A stretch of 64,000 nucleotides of DNA. Source: Octopus sinensis (taxonomy: Eukaryota). The notes beneath the pieces were generated by a model that was given only the letters and a program-made list of their open reading frames with translations, did no database searches and was not told where the DNA came from. A program made the translations under genes and the position numbers. The stretch spans positions 115,444,001 through 115,508,000 of the forward strand of contig NC_043000.1 of the NCBI RefSeq assembly GCF_006345805.1, written 5' to 3'. How positions within the stretch are numbered: position 1 is the first letter of the stretch; every line of letters starts with the position of its first letter. Shown piece by piece: positions 61,001-64,000 of the stretch.

Positions 61001-62882
61001 GAATGTCTTTGTTCCTAAGTCCATTTGGCCGGAACAGACCTGGGCTAAACAACAACACTTGCCAACAACACATTAACAGCATAACCATCAACAGACATCT
61101 CCTTACTCTAAGCTGTTTAGAAAATGAACTACATATTGCATGTGTATGTATGTATATAGGTGTGCGCATGTATGTATATATGAATGTAGGTGTGTGTTGT
61201 GGGTGTGTGTGTGCTACATGTAGCTGCAGGAGTAACGATTGCTGGTGAGAGAACAAAAGCTGCTGTCAGTTGCTGTAATTACACACACATCAAAGAAGCC
61301 GGCAAATGACTACATTACCGAAGCTGACAGACAGACAGACAGGTTTTATTACGCATTATCTTACAACTGCAGTGAATGGTGATTCGGTGTAAACAGAGGG
61401 GGGGGGGCTGTCTTTTGTTTTTTCCTTTTACATTTTTTTTTCCCACCAAGAGTATTGATTATTCAGTTTAGCCCCGTTATGTCACTGAATACAAGGTTTT
61501 TAGATTTGTTTTTGTTATTCCCAGCAACACCTGTTACCTTGCACTCCTTCACCTATCAACTCGAAAGGATTCATAAGGAAAGAAAAGAGCATTTAAAAAA
61601 AAAAAAATCTATCTTTTACTTGTTTCAATCATTAGATGGCAGCCATCCTGGGGGGGGGGGTGCCTTGAAGAATTTTTTAGTCAAATAAATCAACCCTAAT
61701 ACATTTTTATTTTAATGTCCTGTACATGTGTTTGTCTCTCCAATGCCTGACAACCAGAATTGGTGGGTTTACGTATCCTCAAACTAACAGTTCAGCATAA
61801 GAGATCAACAAAATACACAATATGCTAAAAAAAACTAAGTACTGGGATTGATTTGTTTAAATAATCCTATAAGGCAATGCTCCAGCATGACCACTGTTCA
61901 ATGACAGAAACAAATACAAACTCGTGGAGATTTCCCAACCATGTGGTTTTGAGTTCAGTCCCACCGTGTAGCACCTTGGAGAAATGTCTTCTACTATAGC
62001 CTCAGGCCAACCAATGCCTTGTGAATAAATTTGGTATGTGGAAACTGTATGGAAGCTTTTGTGTGTGTGCGTGTTTCCCCCACACTGCTGGACAACTGGA
62101 GTTTGTTTACATCCCTGTAACTTAATAGCTCAGCAAAAGAGACAGATAAAATAAATACCAGACTTAAAAAAAAAAACTTAAGTACTGGGGTCAATTTGTT
62201 TGTCTAAAACCTTTCAAGGTGGTGCCCCAGCATGGTCGCAGTCCAGTGACTAAAACAAGTAAAAGGTATATGCTGTCTTCAGTTTCACCTATTTCTTACA
62301 GGTTTTGTGCAGCTACAGGGATGTCATCTCGCCCACCTCCGTCACTATCTATCCATCTCATGCGTGGTTATTCTTTTTCTCTCAAACCATCAGCCCCTAC
62401 TACTACTACTACTACCACCACCACCACCACCACTACCACTACTACCACTACCACACATGGAATGCTCTTTTCCATACCCTTAGTCCCCCCATAAAAGACC
62501 AAAGAATTTTCATCTTTGGCAATCAATGATTCCAAAGCAGTATCAGAGTTCACTTGCTACAGTATTGATCTGCTGAGGAGACTCCCAATAATCTTCAACA
62601 CAGCACTTCAAAAGCAGAAGTTGGCTAATTTTCCAGTTTCTACATCCGAGAGACAGACTTGCAACTAACTTGCTTCTGCAAGTGCTGCAAATCAAAAATT
62701 CTGCATACCAGATGCCTTTTAAGTTTCACGGGGGGTCACCAAGAGAGAATGTACACTGTTTCAAGCCCTTCTTCTTGACAGCGTTACAATGTACCACCTC
62801 TCTCTTAACTGACACGAGGCTCCTACCCTACCAACAGGACTGAGTGACTAGTATCTAATTTGAAGTCCTTCATCTCAGCACC

Positions 62883-63194
62883 GTGGAGGCACATGGCCCA
62901 GTGGTTAGAGCAGCGGACTCATGGTCGAAGGATCGCAGGTTCGAATCTCAGACCAGGCGATGTGTGTTTATGAGTGAAACACATAAGCTCCACGCGGCTC
63001 TGGCAGAAGGTAATGGTGAACTTCTGCTGACTCTTTCGCCATAACTTTCTCTCACTCTTTCCTCCTACATCTAGCAGCTCGCCTGCGACGGACAGGCGTC
63101 CTGTCCAGGTGGGGAACCTATACGCCAATGAAACCGGGAAACCGGCCCTTATTAGCCAGGCATGGCTTGAGAAGGAACAAACAACAACAACAAC
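62883..63194 (+). mobile_element. tRNA-derived SINE (family E); other copies 10500-10762 (-), 59924-60333 (-)
   Basis: TGGCCCAGTGG A box, GGTTCGAATC B box, (AAC)n tail. Confidence 0.85.
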
Positions 63195-64000
63195 ATCTCA
63201 GTACCATTCAAATAGAAGTCATGCAGGTGTAACTTGTCATACAGGTAAACTGGTACCTGCCTCTAAATCATTATCAATGGCATTTTCCCATGCTTGCATG
63301 GATCAGACGGAAGAAGCTGAGGTAGATTTTCTATGGCTGGATGCTCTTCCTGTTGCCAACCCCCACCTGTTTCCAAGCAAGGTAAAATTTCCCCATAATC
63401 CAGTGGTTCCTACTGGTTTATTATCTACAGACCCCTTTGATTTCTATTTTCCTCGGGTACCCTTGTAGTCATTCATCATCATCGTTTAACGTCCGCTTTC
63501 CATGCTAGCATGGTTTGGACAGTTCAACTGGGGTCTGGGAAGCCAGAAGGCTGCACCAGGCCCAGTCTGATCTGGCAGTGTTTCTACAGCTGGATGCCCT
63601 TCCTAATGCCAAGCACTCCGAGAGTGTAGTGGGTGCTTTTTACGTGCCACCGGCACGGAGGCCAGTCAGGGCGGCACTGGCAACGGCCACGTTCGGATGG
63701 TTCTCTTACATGCCACCGGCACTGGTATCACAGCTACAATTTCCATTGATGTTGATCGATTTTGATTTTGATTCAATATTTAAGAAATCCTATGATATTT
63801 CTATAAGTAGATACTATTAGGAATTGTATACGAAACAGTTCAAATATTCTGGGTATTGATGAAATGAAACCAGTTTATTGCACATGAATTTTAACAGCAA
63901 AATCTTATATGGACCCTCAAGCAGCACTGGATTAACCCCTTAATGGATTATCCCGAGTTTACTCATGCATCGCAAATGTATCTTTTTAACTTTTAATTTT

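Noticed and set aside
62883-62960. tRNA gene
   Set aside because: A and B boxes are present but there is no full cloverleaf, and it continues into a SINE body; the same applies to other SINE heads

Overview
Eukaryotic, AT- and repeat-rich DNA, most likely an octopus (inferred from the SINE/LINE/MITE repertoire and (TA)n density). The single well-supported gene is TTC27 (TPR repeat protein 27) on the minus strand. I reconstructed 24 GT-AG coding exons between 49173 and 14532, all phase-consistent, totalling 2505 nt = 834 aa + stop; human TTC27 is about 843 aa from memory. Introns and flanks are filled with tRNA-derived SINEs, 3' ends of RTE/CR1/Tx1 LINEs, mariner remnants, TTAA (piggyBac-type) MITEs, a Helitron and a probable solo LTR. 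The most interesting items are: (1) a core-perfect minimal type I hammerhead ribozyme with a ~97-nt structured stem II (47128-47259), plus two related degenerate hammerheads in the arms of a 733-bp palindrome (52949-53681), pointing to Penelope-like/retrozyme elements; (2) a ~1.4-kb tandem duplication that copies TTC27 exon 21, with a stop-containing second copy (poison exon or assembly artefact); (3) a locally templated inverted insertion flanking exon 5; (4) many fold-back palindromes. No CRISPR, rRNA or real tRNA genes were found.
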